In this document: positions 29,676-40,089 of the stretch, piece by piece
How the letters are laid out: each line of letters opens with the position of its first letter
How positions within the stretch are numbered: the first letter of the stretch is position 1
IMG/VR virus record: IMGVR_UViG_3300005253_000017
Location: 1 to 64,000 of that record
Strand: one strand, 5' to 3'
Source of the DNA: a virus
Length of the DNA stretch: 64,000 nucleotides
Made by a program: the position numbers and the translations under genes
Notes under the pieces: generated by a model
The model's input: only the letters and a program-made list of their open reading frames with translations
Database searches by the model: none
What the model was told of the DNA's origin: nothing

Positions 29676-32143
29676 AGTCATTCTTCTTTGACGAATCAGA
29701 GATAGCCCCTAGGACGACCAAGAGGAAAGCCCGGTCCTTTCATTCCTGTCCCTGTGGGTTAGATAAGGACTGCAAGTCCCCCAAGATGCCCCCCCACGGC
29801 GATAATCGGCTGAATATAGCCGTAGTCGCCGAGGCACCGGGCAAGGATGAGGACCTAAATGGGATTCCCCTGGTAGGTAAGGCGGGCCAGTTCCTTCGGG
29901 GATGCCTGCGGAAGTTCGACATTGACCTGGACGATGAATGTATCAAGCTGAACGTCATCCAGTGCCGTCCGCCGGGCAATAGGACGCCGACCCAGGACGA
30001 GTTGCTGGCCTGCCGCCCCCGAGTCACCAAGCAACTTCAGGAGATTCAGCCGGACCTAATATTCGCCTTCGGCACCCCGGCGATATCCGAGATATTGAGG
30101 GATGCTCCCTTCGCCGTCAATGCTACCAATATGCACGGTAGGGTCGTACCGAGCAACCTATGGAACTGCTGGGTGGCCTGCGGATTCCATCCTTCTTGGT
30201 TCATCCGGGAGAAGCACCAGTATGACAATAGGATGATGGAGGTGCTGGAGGCCGGTCTATCAATGGTGGGGCCGTATAATGCATTTGAAGACCAGCGGTT
30301 AGATGAAGATGCGTTTGAAATTGTGACTACGGTAGACCGGGCAAACGAACTGCTTCATTGGTTGGATACACACAAAGAGATATCGTTCGACTACGAGACC
30401 AATTCCCTGAGCCCATATACCAAAAAGAGCAAGTTACTGACTGTTTCATTTGCTAACACTCCGGAATTCGGATATTGCATTCCGCTGGAACATCCTCAAG
30501 CAAGGTGGACGGCAGATGAGTTGGCTCGCATATATGTTTTACTGGAACAGTGGCTAATCCGCGATGTTCCCAAAATCATCCAGAACTGGCAATTTGAGGA
30601 GCTGTGGAGTCAGGTCAAGCTTGGTGGCGGAATAAACAACGTCATCTGTGATACGATGGTGAGGGAGCATGTACTGGATAACCGGCGTGGGGTATGTGGC
30701 CAAGAGTTCCAGACCTATGTCCGGTACGGCGCTTTGTATAAGGGGCAGGTCAACCCTGCTGACCTAGAGCACGAATTCCTACAGACCGTCGCCAGGTATA
30801 ATTGTTTAGATGCTCGATATCTTTTGAAGTGGAAACAGGATCAAGATAAACAGATAATCCCTGACCTAGAACGGGCATATCAACTGTTCCATGAGGCAAT
30901 TCCCGTAATGGTCTCCCTGAAGCAACGGGGCATTAAGGTAGACAGAGAACGCCTTGACGAGCTGGAAAAGGAAACACAGGACAGCCTCGACATACTGACC
31001 GGCAAACAGGGGGCCGATTGCCTTACTGAGTACCAAAAGAAGTATGGCAAGACATGGGACAGCGGTTCCCATCAAGCACAGAAACGTCTGTTCTATGGCG
31101 TAATGGGATTAAGCCCCCTGAAGCTGACAGGTAAGGGCACCGACACCGACAACCCGGATGACTGCGCGACGGACGCTGAGTCGCTAAAGTTCCTGTTAAA
31201 GCAGGTTGAATCCGACTCAGAAAACGCAAAGATTATCGAATCCTGTCAGCATCAAGCCCATTTGGTAAAATTAGCTGGATATTGTAAGGGATACAGGAAG
31301 TTAATGGGGGACGACGATTTACTGCATCCAAGTTTTCTGCTCCATTCCGTATCGTCGTACCGTTCAAGTAGCGTTGATCCTAACTTCCAGAACATCCCTG
31401 TTCGGCTGCCCCTATTAGCGAGATTAAGATCATGCCTCATCCCTCAGCATGATTGGCTGATGGAGCTGGACTTCTCCGGGGCCGAGGTCAGAATGCTGGC
31501 CTGCGAGTCAAAAGACAAGAGGCTCATCTACAACATCCGGAACAACGTGGATTATCACAGACACTATGCTGCCTTACTCTATCAAAAACCGGAAAACGAG
31601 ATAACTTCCGAGGAGCGATACAAGGGCAAGAACGGATTCACGTTCCCAGAGTTCTATGGCGACTACTATAAGGGCATAGCAAAGAACAACCCCCAGTGGA
31701 CCGAGAAGCGAATACAGGAGGTCGAGGAGATATTCTGGGACGACCTAGCGGACCTGAAGGCATGGAAGGAAAAGCTAGTTCGGTTCTACCAGAAAGAGGG
31801 ATACATTCCATATAAGACAGGATTTAGGGCAAAATATGGCAGACAGGGGTTCTTGAACCACAAGCAAATAGGTAACTTCCCTAGTCAGGGGCCGTCGTTC
31901 CATCGTTTGCTCAAGGTGCTGCTAATAATGGAAAAGCAGATGAGGGAGCGGAAGATGGAAAGCTGGATATGCGGCCAGATTCACGACTCAATTGTTTTTG
32001 ACGTAATTGACGCAGAGGTCGAGGACGTGGAGGAGATGGGGCGTATAATAGTAAAGAGGTCGATATGGGACTGGGACAAGGCGGTTCCATGGGAGGCCGA
32101 ATGGAAGATAGGCCGAAACTTGCTTAAAATGGAGAAGATATGA
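29672..32143 (+). CDS. polA: Family-4 uracil-DNA glycosylase fused to family A DNA polymerase with 3'-5' exonuclease
   Basis: UDG: AEAPGKDED, LVGKAG, CRPPGNRTP, FHPS. Exo: FDYET. Pol: SSVDPNFQNIP, DFSGAEVR, RYKGK...FYG, QIHDS. Confidence 0.92.
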   Translation: MKSFFFDESEIAPRTTKRKARSFHSCPCGLDKDCKSPKMPPHGDNRLNIAVVAEAPGKDEDLNGIPLVGKAGQFLRGCLRKFDIDLDDECIKLNVIQCRPPGNRTPTQDELLACRPRVTKQLQEIQPDLIFAFGTPAISEILRDAPFAVNATNMHGRVVPSNLWNCWVACGFHPSWFIREKHQYDNRMMEVLEAGLSMVGPYNAFEDQRLDEDAFEIVTTVDRANELLHWLDTHKEISFDYETNSLSPYTKKSKLLTVSFANTPEFGYCIPLEHPQARWTADELARIYVLLEQWLIRDVPKIIQNWQFEELWSQVKLGGGINNVICDTMVREHVLDNRRGVCGQEFQTYVRYGALYKGQVNPADLEHEFLQTVARYNCLDARYLLKWKQDQDKQIIPDLERAYQLFHEAIPVMVSLKQRGIKVDRERLDELEKETQDSLDILTGKQGADCLTEYQKKYGKTWDSGSHQAQKRLFYGVMGLSPLKLTGKGTDTDNPDDCATDAESLKFLLKQVESDSENAKIIESCQHQAHLVKLAGYCKGYRKLMGDDDLLHPSFLLHSVSSYRSSSVDPNFQNIPVRLPLLARLRSCLIPQHDWLMELDFSGAEVRMLACESKDKRLIYNIRNNVDYHRHYAALLYQKPENEITSEERYKGKNGFTFPEFYGDYYKGIAKNNPQWTEKRIQEVEEIFWDDLADLKAWKEKLVRFYQKEGYIPYKTGFRAKYGRQGFLNHKQIGNFPSQGPSFHRLLKVLLIMEKQMRERKMESWICGQIHDSIVFDVIDAEVEDVEEMGRIIVKRSIWDWDKAVPWEAEWKIGRNLLKMEKI

Positions 32144-32351
32144 TGAGAAGCAAAACAATAAGAGATTCAAGAGGATCAGCCGTCCGCGTGAGTCGCTATA
32201 AGGGAGAGGGGATATGGATAGATGTAAAAGAAAGACACCAACGTACAGGGGCAGTATTTGCATCAAATTGTCTTATCACCCCGAAGAATCTTCGTATTTT
32301 TGGCGAGGCCTGTATCCGAATAGCCGATGGGGTGGAAAGAGAGAATGCGTA

Positions 32352-32618
32352 ATGAAACTCCTTTATTGTCCACGTTGTAAAGATGTATTTACGTTACGAT
32401 CAATCTCTCGAAGTTGTTTCTGTGGAGAGGCTGTGGGACATTACACAGGCGAATTAACCGCTGTTTACGATAATGGTATTCCCATTGGTTTCAAAAACAG
32501 TAGCTTCATGGATGCTCTTGACAACCAACCCACCAAGCATACCGGACCCGAATGTGGCAAGAGATTCGAGGCATTTGTCATTGAGGAGGAATGCCCGACT
32601 ATGAAGAGAATTGATTAA
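32352..32618 (+). CDS. Small Cys-rich protein, paralogue of 8521-8793
   Basis: MKLLYCPRCKD...CFCG..GHY...NSSF. Confidence 0.6.
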   Translation: MKLLYCPRCKDVFTLRSISRSCFCGEAVGHYTGELTAVYDNGIPIGFKNSSFMDALDNQPTKHTGPECGKRFEAFVIEEECPTMKRID

Positions 32619-33553
32619 TGCTCTACCAAACAGTAAGACCAAAGACACTCGACGACTTCATTGGCAATAAGTCGGCAATCGCCGCCCTCAAGAAGGCGGT
32701 CAAGGCCGATTCTGCCAATCGTGCCCATTGCTATTTGTTCAAGGGACCATCAGGATGCGGCAAGACAACGTTGGCCAGGATAATGGCCGCCGAGTTCGGG
32801 TGCAAGGACTTTGACATTGTAGAGAAGAATGCGGCGAGCGAGCGGGGAATTGACATGGCGAGGGACCTCCAGAGATATGCCGAGGCTGCCCCGTTCAGTG
32901 GGGGCGGTAGGGCGGTGATACTGGATGAGGTCGCAGCCCTGACAAAAGATGCTCAAAATGCTTTGCTCAAGACCTTCGAGGATATCCCGGAGTTTGCATA
33001 CTACTTCCTTTGCACCACGAATCCCAACAAGCTGCTAGAGACAATACGGACCCGCTGTGAGCACATAGAGGTAAACAAGCTGGGCGATGAGGAAATAATT
33101 GACTTATTGATTGAGGCCATTAACACAACCAAGATGAATAGCCCAGGCGATACCGTGATTGAAGCAATTGTAGATAACGCCGAGGGCTGTCCCCGTATAG
33201 CATTAGTCCTGTTAGAAAAACAGGAAGGATTATTACTGAAAGATGCAATTAAGGCGGTTCAGTCATTCACCACACAGGAAAAGGGCGTTCTCGATTTATG
33301 CAAACAAATTGTGGCCGGGGGAACGTGGAAGCAGATAACGGCGACGTATAATAAGCTAGGACTTGCAGACAGAGACCCAGAGAAAGTGAGACGAAGCATA
33401 TTGGGATACTTGAGATCATGTTTGTTGCGAAGCAAGGGAAGCGAGGCGGAAAAGTTTGCCTCGATGATAGAGGAACTAACGGACCACACCTATGACTCCG
33501 GAGAGGCCGGGCTGGTGTGTATGCTGTTCAGGGCAAGTAGGACAGGAGCGTGA
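32618..33553 (+). CDS. dnaX: Clamp loader (DnaX gamma/tau-like AAA+ ATPase)
   Basis: LYQTVRPKTLDDFIGN, GPSGCGKTT, ILDEV, AQNALLKTFE, TIRTRC. Confidence 0.88.
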   Translation: MLYQTVRPKTLDDFIGNKSAIAALKKAVKADSANRAHCYLFKGPSGCGKTTLARIMAAEFGCKDFDIVEKNAASERGIDMARDLQRYAEAAPFSGGGRAVILDEVAALTKDAQNALLKTFEDIPEFAYYFLCTTNPNKLLETIRTRCEHIEVNKLGDEEIIDLLIEAINTTKMNSPGDTVIEAIVDNAEGCPRIALVLLEKQEGLLLKDAIKAVQSFTTQEKGVLDLCKQIVAGGTWKQITATYNKLGLADRDPEKVRRSILGYLRSCLLRSKGSEAEKFASMIEELTDHTYDSGEAGLVCMLFRASRTGA

Positions 33554-33801
33554 GATGACTAAGACAGTGAAGGGCAAAGTGGTAAAGAATGTTAAATTGC
33601 CAACCGTAAAAGCCCACAAAGAATATGTCGTATTGTATTATGACCAGCACGATGAATGGGATGTTGATACCGCATTGACAACGGTAAAGAAAGAGGCGGA
33701 GCGGGATGCGGAAGAGTTTTTGTCTGAAGACACGGGAATTCGCGTAGCTCTCGTTGTTGAGATTTCTTTACCAGCAATAGAATAACAGAAAGGAAACTTA
33801 C

Positions 33802-34971
33802 ATGAGCAAAGCTAGGCAATCGAGGAGAGACGCAGCGAGGAAGGACCGACAGGAGGCCGAGAAGGGCGACGGATTCCAGAACCGGCAGGCATTCATCGTG
33901 GGACAGGAAACATTGGAGGACCTGAATATATCCCAGTATACGACGGCTTCTGCCGAAGATGGGGGTGAGCTAGTCCATAAGGCTCACTTACTCCCAGCCC
34001 ACAAGGATGACCCGGACCTGTTGGCGTTCAAGTTGTATTTCCACCGGAGCATCGGGGCCAACGACCAGTCGGCCTTGTGTCCCAAGTGGATGGCCCAGTA
34101 CCTCCATGAATTGAGTGTGGAAATACCGGCCGAGATAAGGTCGGCCAAGTGTCCTGTCTGTGAGGAGCATGACAAGGAACTGGAATACTACAAGAAGCAC
34201 AAAGACGGCGTAGGTGAAAAAGAGCGCAAGGAACTGTACGCCGTCGTCAGGAATCTCCAGCCGTTCTCCGGCGGTTTCTCCGACCCCAAACCGAAGGCGA
34301 TGCTCGGATGGGTTGTGGATGCCACCGACAAGGATACCGAGGAAGAGGGTACGAAGTTCTTTATCATGCCCTACACCAAGGTATACAAACTGGGTATCCT
34401 GGACCAGTCGGAGGACATGACGGAAACAGATGAGGGTGGTGACCCAGAGTTTATCGATTTATTGGACCCGGTAAATGGATATGTATTCATGTTCAAGCGG
34501 TGGGGTCTAAAATGGTACGATGTAGACTATGGGGGATACCGCGTAAAGAAGCGAGGATGGGATATCAGCGACTGGTGCAAGGACGTTCCGCGCTTCCTGG
34601 ACGTGCTGAAGTTCCATACCTACGACGAACTCGCCGAGATGCTCGGTACGGTTGATGAGGAGGGTGGCAATGAAGATTTGAAGAACGAGCTTGAGGATGA
34701 GTTTGACAAGGGCAGGGACGCGGAGCCCCGCACCCGCAGACGTAGCCGAAGAGAATCAAAGGATGAGACGGAAGCACCAGATGAGGAACCTCGCAGGAGA
34801 CGCAAACGAGAACCTGAGCCCAAACCCGAACCGGAATCAAAAGAACCCAATGAAGAGCCTAACCCTTACGACGAGCCAGAAGAATCAGAAGAGAAGGAAG
34901 AGGTGAGTGAAGCAACCCGCACGATTCAGGAGCGGATTAAGGAGCGTAGGCGGAAGAGGAACGAGGAATGA
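33802..34971 (+). CDS. Putative single-stranded DNA-binding protein (gp32-like) with charged tail
   Basis: HRSIG...LCPK...CPVCE Zn-type motif, long charged C-terminus, position between clamp loader and recA. Confidence 0.55.
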   Translation: MSKARQSRRDAARKDRQEAEKGDGFQNRQAFIVGQETLEDLNISQYTTASAEDGGELVHKAHLLPAHKDDPDLLAFKLYFHRSIGANDQSALCPKWMAQYLHELSVEIPAEIRSAKCPVCEEHDKELEYYKKHKDGVGEKERKELYAVVRNLQPFSGGFSDPKPKAMLGWVVDATDKDTEEEGTKFFIMPYTKVYKLGILDQSEDMTETDEGGDPEFIDLLDPVNGYVFMFKRWGLKWYDVDYGGYRVKKRGWDISDWCKDVPRFLDVLKFHTYDELAEMLGTVDEEGGNEDLKNELEDEFDKGRDAEPRTRRRSRRESKDETEAPDEEPRRRRKREPEPKPEPESKEPNEEPNPYDEPEESEEKEEVSEATRTIQERIKERRRKRNEE

Positions 34972-35501
34972 AAGATACGGACCAAGAACAATACACCAAG
35001 TTAAGGCGAAAGTTGGTCGTCCATATTCACGCCCTGCACAAGGACGCCCAAAACCAGCCATCCCTCGCCTGTGACTCCGGCGAATTGGCGGCTGAATTGA
35101 AGGCGGTATCCAAGAGACACAAATTACTACTGGATGAGGTAAAGGCCGAGGCTGATAGGGATATCCGAAACAATCCGGATGAGTTCGGACTGGCCAAGGT
35201 AACGGAGTCCGCAGTTAAATCGGCAATTGACCTGCACCCGGATGTGCAGAGGGTGGTCAGGGAATCCATAGACGCCGACCTGGATGCCGACAAGGCGACG
35301 ACATTGGCGAATGCCTTTGAGCACCGACGTAGCATGATTAAGAATGAGATACAGTTGTACCTTGGCGAATACTGGGGTGATGTGGAGGTCAAGGAGCACG
35401 AAATGCGGAAGGCTTCTGGGCAGTTGGATGATGATAGGGAAGAAAGGATAACGAGGAAACGACGTGCCAAAAGAACGCCGGAAGATAAAACCAATAACTG
35501 A
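34968..35501 (+). CDS. Putative recombination mediator (UvsY-like)
   Basis: Helical protein with KVTESAVKSAI and AFEHRRSMI, directly before recA. Confidence 0.45.
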   Translation: MKDTDQEQYTKLRRKLVVHIHALHKDAQNQPSLACDSGELAAELKAVSKRHKLLLDEVKAEADRDIRNNPDEFGLAKVTESAVKSAIDLHPDVQRVVRESIDADLDADKATTLANAFEHRRSMIKNEIQLYLGEYWGDVEVKEHEMRKASGQLDDDREERITRKRRAKRTPEDKTNN

Positions 35502-36627
35502 ATTGAAGCGAGAGGGACTGCCACCCTGTAAGTATTACCTATCCACGGGCTCCACCCTGCTGGACCTCGCCATATCGGACAGGTATCCGGGGGGTGTGGG
35601 TTCCGGAAGGGTCGTCCATATCTACGGTGACAACTCTACAGCCAAATCTGTATTGGCCCAAGAGATTCTCGGTTCTGCCCAGCGCATGGGCGGTCACGCG
35701 ATATTCGAGGACGCAGAAATCACGCTGGACTTCGACAGGGCTCAGGAAATCTTTGGACTCCACACAGGACCATGGAATCAGGAATCATTAGCCGCGATAG
35801 ATGAGGACGAGTATGCTTTGGAGAATATGGTCAAGATTGACGACAAGTTCACCTATCGAGTTCCTGAAAGTATTGAGGGTCTATTCGACGAGGAAATAGG
35901 CCCGGCCTGCCAATTGATACAGGATGGAAGACTCAACCAACCTGTGGCGATGGGCATCGATACCTTCAGCGCCCTGCCATCCCTTGCCGAAGCCAGGGCC
36001 GACCTGATAGACGCCACATATGGCACATCGAGGGCAAAGATGTTCTCTACAGCGTTTAGGAAGCACCTTGTGGCTATCGCTAAGAGTAACCTAACAATCG
36101 TGGCCCTCGACCAGACGCGAGAGAAGCTGGGGGTATCATTTGGAAAGAAGCACGCAGTATCCGGGGGCAAGGCAATTCAGTTCTATGCCAGTACACGGGT
36201 ACTGCTAAAACACCGGGAGACGCTGAAGAACAAACATGGACAACCTACGGGGATACGAATAAATTTCGAGGTTGAAAAGAATAAAATTTCGCCTCCCTTT
36301 AGGACAGGATTTTTTCTCCTAGAATTTGATTTTGGGATTGATGATTTGGCGTCTAACCTTCAATGGTTATCCGAACAGAAGATAGACAGCAAGCTCACTA
36401 CAGCTAGTAGCTGGTGGTCATGGGATGGGAAGAAAGTCCAGGGCCGGGATGCGTTGGTAAAGATAGTTGAGGATAATGACATGGAGGTGGATGTTGAAAA
36501 AGAAGTCGCAAGAGTCTGGCGCGTCCTACATAGTACTCCTGTACGAAAGAAACGGACACGAACATCTGATAGTCAAGATAGAGGAGACTCTGTGGACATG
36601 GAGGAACAGGCGGTGGGTGAATCTTGA
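35464..36627 (+). CDS. recA: RecA/UvsX-like recombinase
   Basis: LSTGSTLLDLAI, YGDNSTAKS, DQTREKLGVSFG, SGGKAIQFYASTR, VEKNKISPPFR. Confidence 0.9.
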   Translation: MPKERRKIKPITELKREGLPPCKYYLSTGSTLLDLAISDRYPGGVGSGRVVHIYGDNSTAKSVLAQEILGSAQRMGGHAIFEDAEITLDFDRAQEIFGLHTGPWNQESLAAIDEDEYALENMVKIDDKFTYRVPESIEGLFDEEIGPACQLIQDGRLNQPVAMGIDTFSALPSLAEARADLIDATYGTSRAKMFSTAFRKHLVAIAKSNLTIVALDQTREKLGVSFGKKHAVSGGKAIQFYASTRVLLKHRETLKNKHGQPTGIRINFEVEKNKISPPFRTGFFLLEFDFGIDDLASNLQWLSEQKIDSKLTTASSWWSWDGKKVQGRDALVKIVEDNDMEVDVEKEVARVWRVLHSTPVRKKRTRTSDSQDRGDSVDMEEQAVGES

Positions 36628-37025
36628 AGAAGAAAAAGAAAAAGAAGAGCAAGCTTCAGAAGAAGAAGGATGATCTACGAAGTCGGTATTGGCGAAATCG
36701 AGCGGACGAGGAATGGAGAAAAAGAGTAAAAGAACGGGACGGGAATCAGTGTGCAATCTGCAACTCGGACAAGAATCCTCAGTGTCATCATTTAGTAGAT
36801 AGAACTATAAAGACTCTGAGACACGAGCCGATGAATGGACTGGTTTTGTGTCCGTCCTGCCATAAATTTTCTAGGCAACGAAGTGCACATCGAGGCCCTT
36901 TACCGTTTGCAGAATGGTTACGAAATTTCCGGTTGGAACAATATAGATGGGTACAGATGCATTGGCAGGATAAAGACGGCGAATACAATTACAAGCAGGC
37001 GTATAATGAGTTGAAATCCGGTTAG
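36624..37025 (+). CDS. NinG-like HNH endonuclease
   Basis: RDGNQCAIC...CHHL...NGLVLCPSCH. Confidence 0.7.
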   Translation: MKKKKKKKSKLQKKKDDLRSRYWRNRADEEWRKRVKERDGNQCAICNSDKNPQCHHLVDRTIKTLRHEPMNGLVLCPSCHKFSRQRSAHRGPLPFAEWLRNFRLEQYRWVQMHWQDKDGEYNYKQAYNELKSG

Positions 37026-37081
37026 GCCTGGTACGGTTCGGTCCGGTTAGGTCAGGTACGGAAAGGTGTGGTAAGGTAAGG
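37020..37081 (+). repeat. Degenerate pentanucleotide (GGNNN)n tandem repeat, 13 GG dinucleotides at exact 5-nt spacing
   Basis: GGTTA GGCCT GGTAC GGTTC GGTCC GGTTA GGTCA GGTAC GGAAA GGTGT GGTAA GGTAA GG. Confidence 0.9.
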
Positions 37082-37091
37082 TTTTTCTTTT

Positions 37092-38195
37092 ATGACACAG
37101 ATAGCGATAGAGGTTGAAAACATCGACTATGTGGTGTGCCGAGTGTGTGGTAGGGGATTTGAAATCCTATGCGACAACGGCCATTTGAAGATTCACGATA
37201 TGACCGTCACCCAGTATCGTGAAAAGTACCCTGGTGCTCCGACGATCTCTCAGAAATATCGAGAGAAGACAAGCGGTAAGAACCACTATGCTTGGAAAGG
37301 TAGAATGGGTAGGTGGATTCCAAGGTGGCGTGAAGGGATATTTTGGATTCAGTGCTTGGAGTGTGGTAAGCGAATGAAGAGGGTTGGTTATTCTCATTTG
37401 CGAATTCATGACATGACTCCCACTCAGTATCTAGAGAAACATCCGGGTGCGCCGACTTGTTGTCAAAAGAGTTTGGAGAACGTAAGTGGGAAAAATCATT
37501 GTCTTTGGAACAGCAGACGTAAAAAGGGGTTTATCGCCAGATGGCGTCGTGGCGAGTTCTGGGTAGAATGTCCGGTTCCCAGTTGTGAAGTAAAGTTGCG
37601 GGTGCTCAGTAAACATATGAATATCCATGGCATCAAAGGGGAACAAGTGAAGGAACTTTACCCCAGTGCTCAACTCGTGTGTCGGCGGAGTCATGAAATA
37701 AGAAGCGAGATAAAGATCGGACCGAACAACGGTATGTATGGACAGACCTATAAATGTCAAGAACAAACCAAAAAGAAGATAAGTGAGGCAAGAAAGCAAT
37801 GGTATCAAATACATTCGGAAGCGAACGTTGGTCCCAATAACCCGGCATGGAAAGGCGGTGTCTCCTTTGAACCTTACGGCCTCGATTGGACAGACCCTCT
37901 CAAGCAACTTATCCGCAATTCCGACGACAATATCTGCCAAATGTGTGGCAAGGTAAAAGAGGAAAATACACAAAGGTGTCAAGAACTCGATGTTCACCAT
38001 ATCGATTTTGTTAAGATGAACTGTGACCCCAGCAACCTAATCACACTCTGTCGTTCCTGTCATTTAACTGTCGATGAGGACGACCCTGAAATCCGCAAAG
38101 TCTTCTATGCGATAACCGCCGAGAGGGACAATACCTTGGCAGAACAGCATATACAAAACTATCGACCGGCCGTGTTGGCCAAGGCAATAGCATGA
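37092..38195 (+). CDS. HNH homing endonuclease with three N-terminal Zn-finger repeats and NUMOD3-like motifs
   Basis: Three CxxC...HxxIH.MT..QY..KYPGAP-type repeats; GPNNPAWKGG; VHHIDFVKMN...NLITLCRSCH. Confidence 0.85.
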   Translation: MTQIAIEVENIDYVVCRVCGRGFEILCDNGHLKIHDMTVTQYREKYPGAPTISQKYREKTSGKNHYAWKGRMGRWIPRWREGIFWIQCLECGKRMKRVGYSHLRIHDMTPTQYLEKHPGAPTCCQKSLENVSGKNHCLWNSRRKKGFIARWRRGEFWVECPVPSCEVKLRVLSKHMNIHGIKGEQVKELYPSAQLVCRRSHEIRSEIKIGPNNGMYGQTYKCQEQTKKKISEARKQWYQIHSEANVGPNNPAWKGGVSFEPYGLDWTDPLKQLIRNSDDNICQMCGKVKEENTQRCQELDVHHIDFVKMNCDPSNLITLCRSCHLTVDEDDPEIRKVFYAITAERDNTLAEQHIQNYRPAVLAKAIA

Positions 38196-39283
38196 TAAAG
38201 TCGCTTGACATTCAAAACTTTCAGAGTCACGCCAATACGAACTTGGAGTTCAGTCCCGGCCTGTCCGTGCTGATAGGCTCGAATGACGCAGGGAAAAGTT
38301 CTATCATCCGCGGTTTGCTTTGGGTTTTCAGGAATCGGCCTCGTGGAAAATCATTCATTCGACACGGCTCAAACGGTGAGTGTATTTTCACCATCCATAT
38401 GGATGACGATACCATAGAACGATATCGCAAAGGTTCCACAAACACCTACACGCTCAACGATGAAGAACCATTTGAAGCCCTCGGCTCCGACGTGCCCCAG
38501 GAGATCGCCGACCGCCTCAATATCCAGGAAATCAACGTCGCAGCCCAGCTCGACGGACACTTCCTAGTTCTTGATAGCCCCGGCAAGATAGCGTCCGCCC
38601 TCAATGATGTCGTCCACCTCGACGAGGCCGAGCGGTGCGCCGATGAACTATCCGGCGATATTCGGCAAAACAAGAGAGAGGCCGACAGACTCCAGGAACT
38701 GGAAAAGACGCTAGAAACGTCCCTAAGCCTCTATCACAAGCTTCCCGTGTATTCCCATAGGGTAGAGGAGGCAAACGCCCTACAGACCAGCCTGACGGCT
38801 TCTAGGGCGACCAGGCAGGACCTCATAGAGTGGTTATCCGAGGTTTGGGCGGTGGACGAGATATTGGCGACCATTACGGTGCCCGAAGGGATGGATGAGA
38901 AGATAGGGGAAGTCGAGAAACTCTACGCGGAATGCCGGGAGATGACGCTGAACGTTTGCTCCCTAGACGCCCACGTGGACAACCTCCTCCAGATAACCGC
39001 CGAGCTTCAGGTATTGAGGGATGTTGACAAGGGACAGGAAATCTATGACGAAATGTCCGGCCGACTGGCGGAACTTGATCGAACGGAGGTTGAGCGAGAC
39101 GATTTGTCCGAATTGGTGGCCAAGATTCAGGTAGAGGAGGAAGTAATAATTGACTTGGATGACGAGGTAGGCAGGATGGAAGGCGTGTATAATAGCCTGT
39201 TGGAGAAGATAGAGAACTGTCCCGTGTGCGGGCAGGAGCTTGACGATAAGCATAGGCAGATGGTACTGGAGAACTTGAAATGA
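38192..39283 (+). CDS. SbcC/Rad50-like ATPase, N-terminal half ending in zinc hook
   Basis: IQNFQSH, Walker A GSNDAGKSS, coiled coil, CPVCGQEL at the C-terminus. Confidence 0.85.
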   Translation: MIKSLDIQNFQSHANTNLEFSPGLSVLIGSNDAGKSSIIRGLLWVFRNRPRGKSFIRHGSNGECIFTIHMDDDTIERYRKGSTNTYTLNDEEPFEALGSDVPQEIADRLNIQEINVAAQLDGHFLVLDSPGKIASALNDVVHLDEAERCADELSGDIRQNKREADRLQELEKTLETSLSLYHKLPVYSHRVEEANALQTSLTASRATRQDLIEWLSEVWAVDEILATITVPEGMDEKIGEVEKLYAECREMTLNVCSLDAHVDNLLQITAELQVLRDVDKGQEIYDEMSGRLAELDRTEVERDDLSELVAKIQVEEEVIIDLDDEVGRMEGVYNSLLEKIENCPVCGQELDDKHRQMVLENLK

Positions 39284-40089
39284 TTCCTAAAAGTGACATG
39301 GATAGATTGATTAGCCAAGTTAGGAAAGAAAGGGCAAAAGACCCACGGTATAATCACAATACGTTTGAACTTAAGCCAGACGGAACGTGGGTAGAAACGG
39401 AAAGCGATATAGAGATAAGCAACATAACCGCTAAAATCGTATCTGTGGAGAATTTAGGATGACTGTAAGAGAACTGATTGAGGAACTTCGGAAAATAGAC
39501 GGTGATAAAGTAGTCATTATCCAAAAAGACCGTGAGGGTAATGGATATTCTCCGCTCAGTGACGTGGATGGCGAGGATGTCTATGTCCCCGAAACTACGT
39601 GGTACGGTAAGAGATTCCTGGCAAAGCTTACCCCGGAACTAGAAGAACAGGGATACGGCGAGGGAGATGTCGTTGAAGAGGGAGAAGGGCAACCTGCGGT
39701 GTTCCTCTGTCCGGTGAATTGAGATGAATGGTGATAAGAGCGTTCGAGCTATTGTGAGTGAATGGCTTTTCTGTAACGACTATGATGGACTTGTATCTGA
39801 AGGATGCGAATGCGGGTGTCGTCTTGGAGATTTAGTTCCCTGCGATAGTCCCTGTGAGACTTGTATCGCCGGATATGAAGGCCCAGACCCAGAGGGAGAC
39901 TATGACTGGATGATCTATCTTTCCAAGAAAGCTGCCCATGAGGCAAGGAAGCAACTCTCTGCAAAAGAAAATGAGCAAGATTAGATACCATTTCGTAACT
40001 TTCCTGGTCATCGTCGGGTCGCTGCTGCTTGCTCCCCTGTACTTTCTTTGGTTCTGTGACAAGATAACCGGGGACTTGATTCGTGACCT

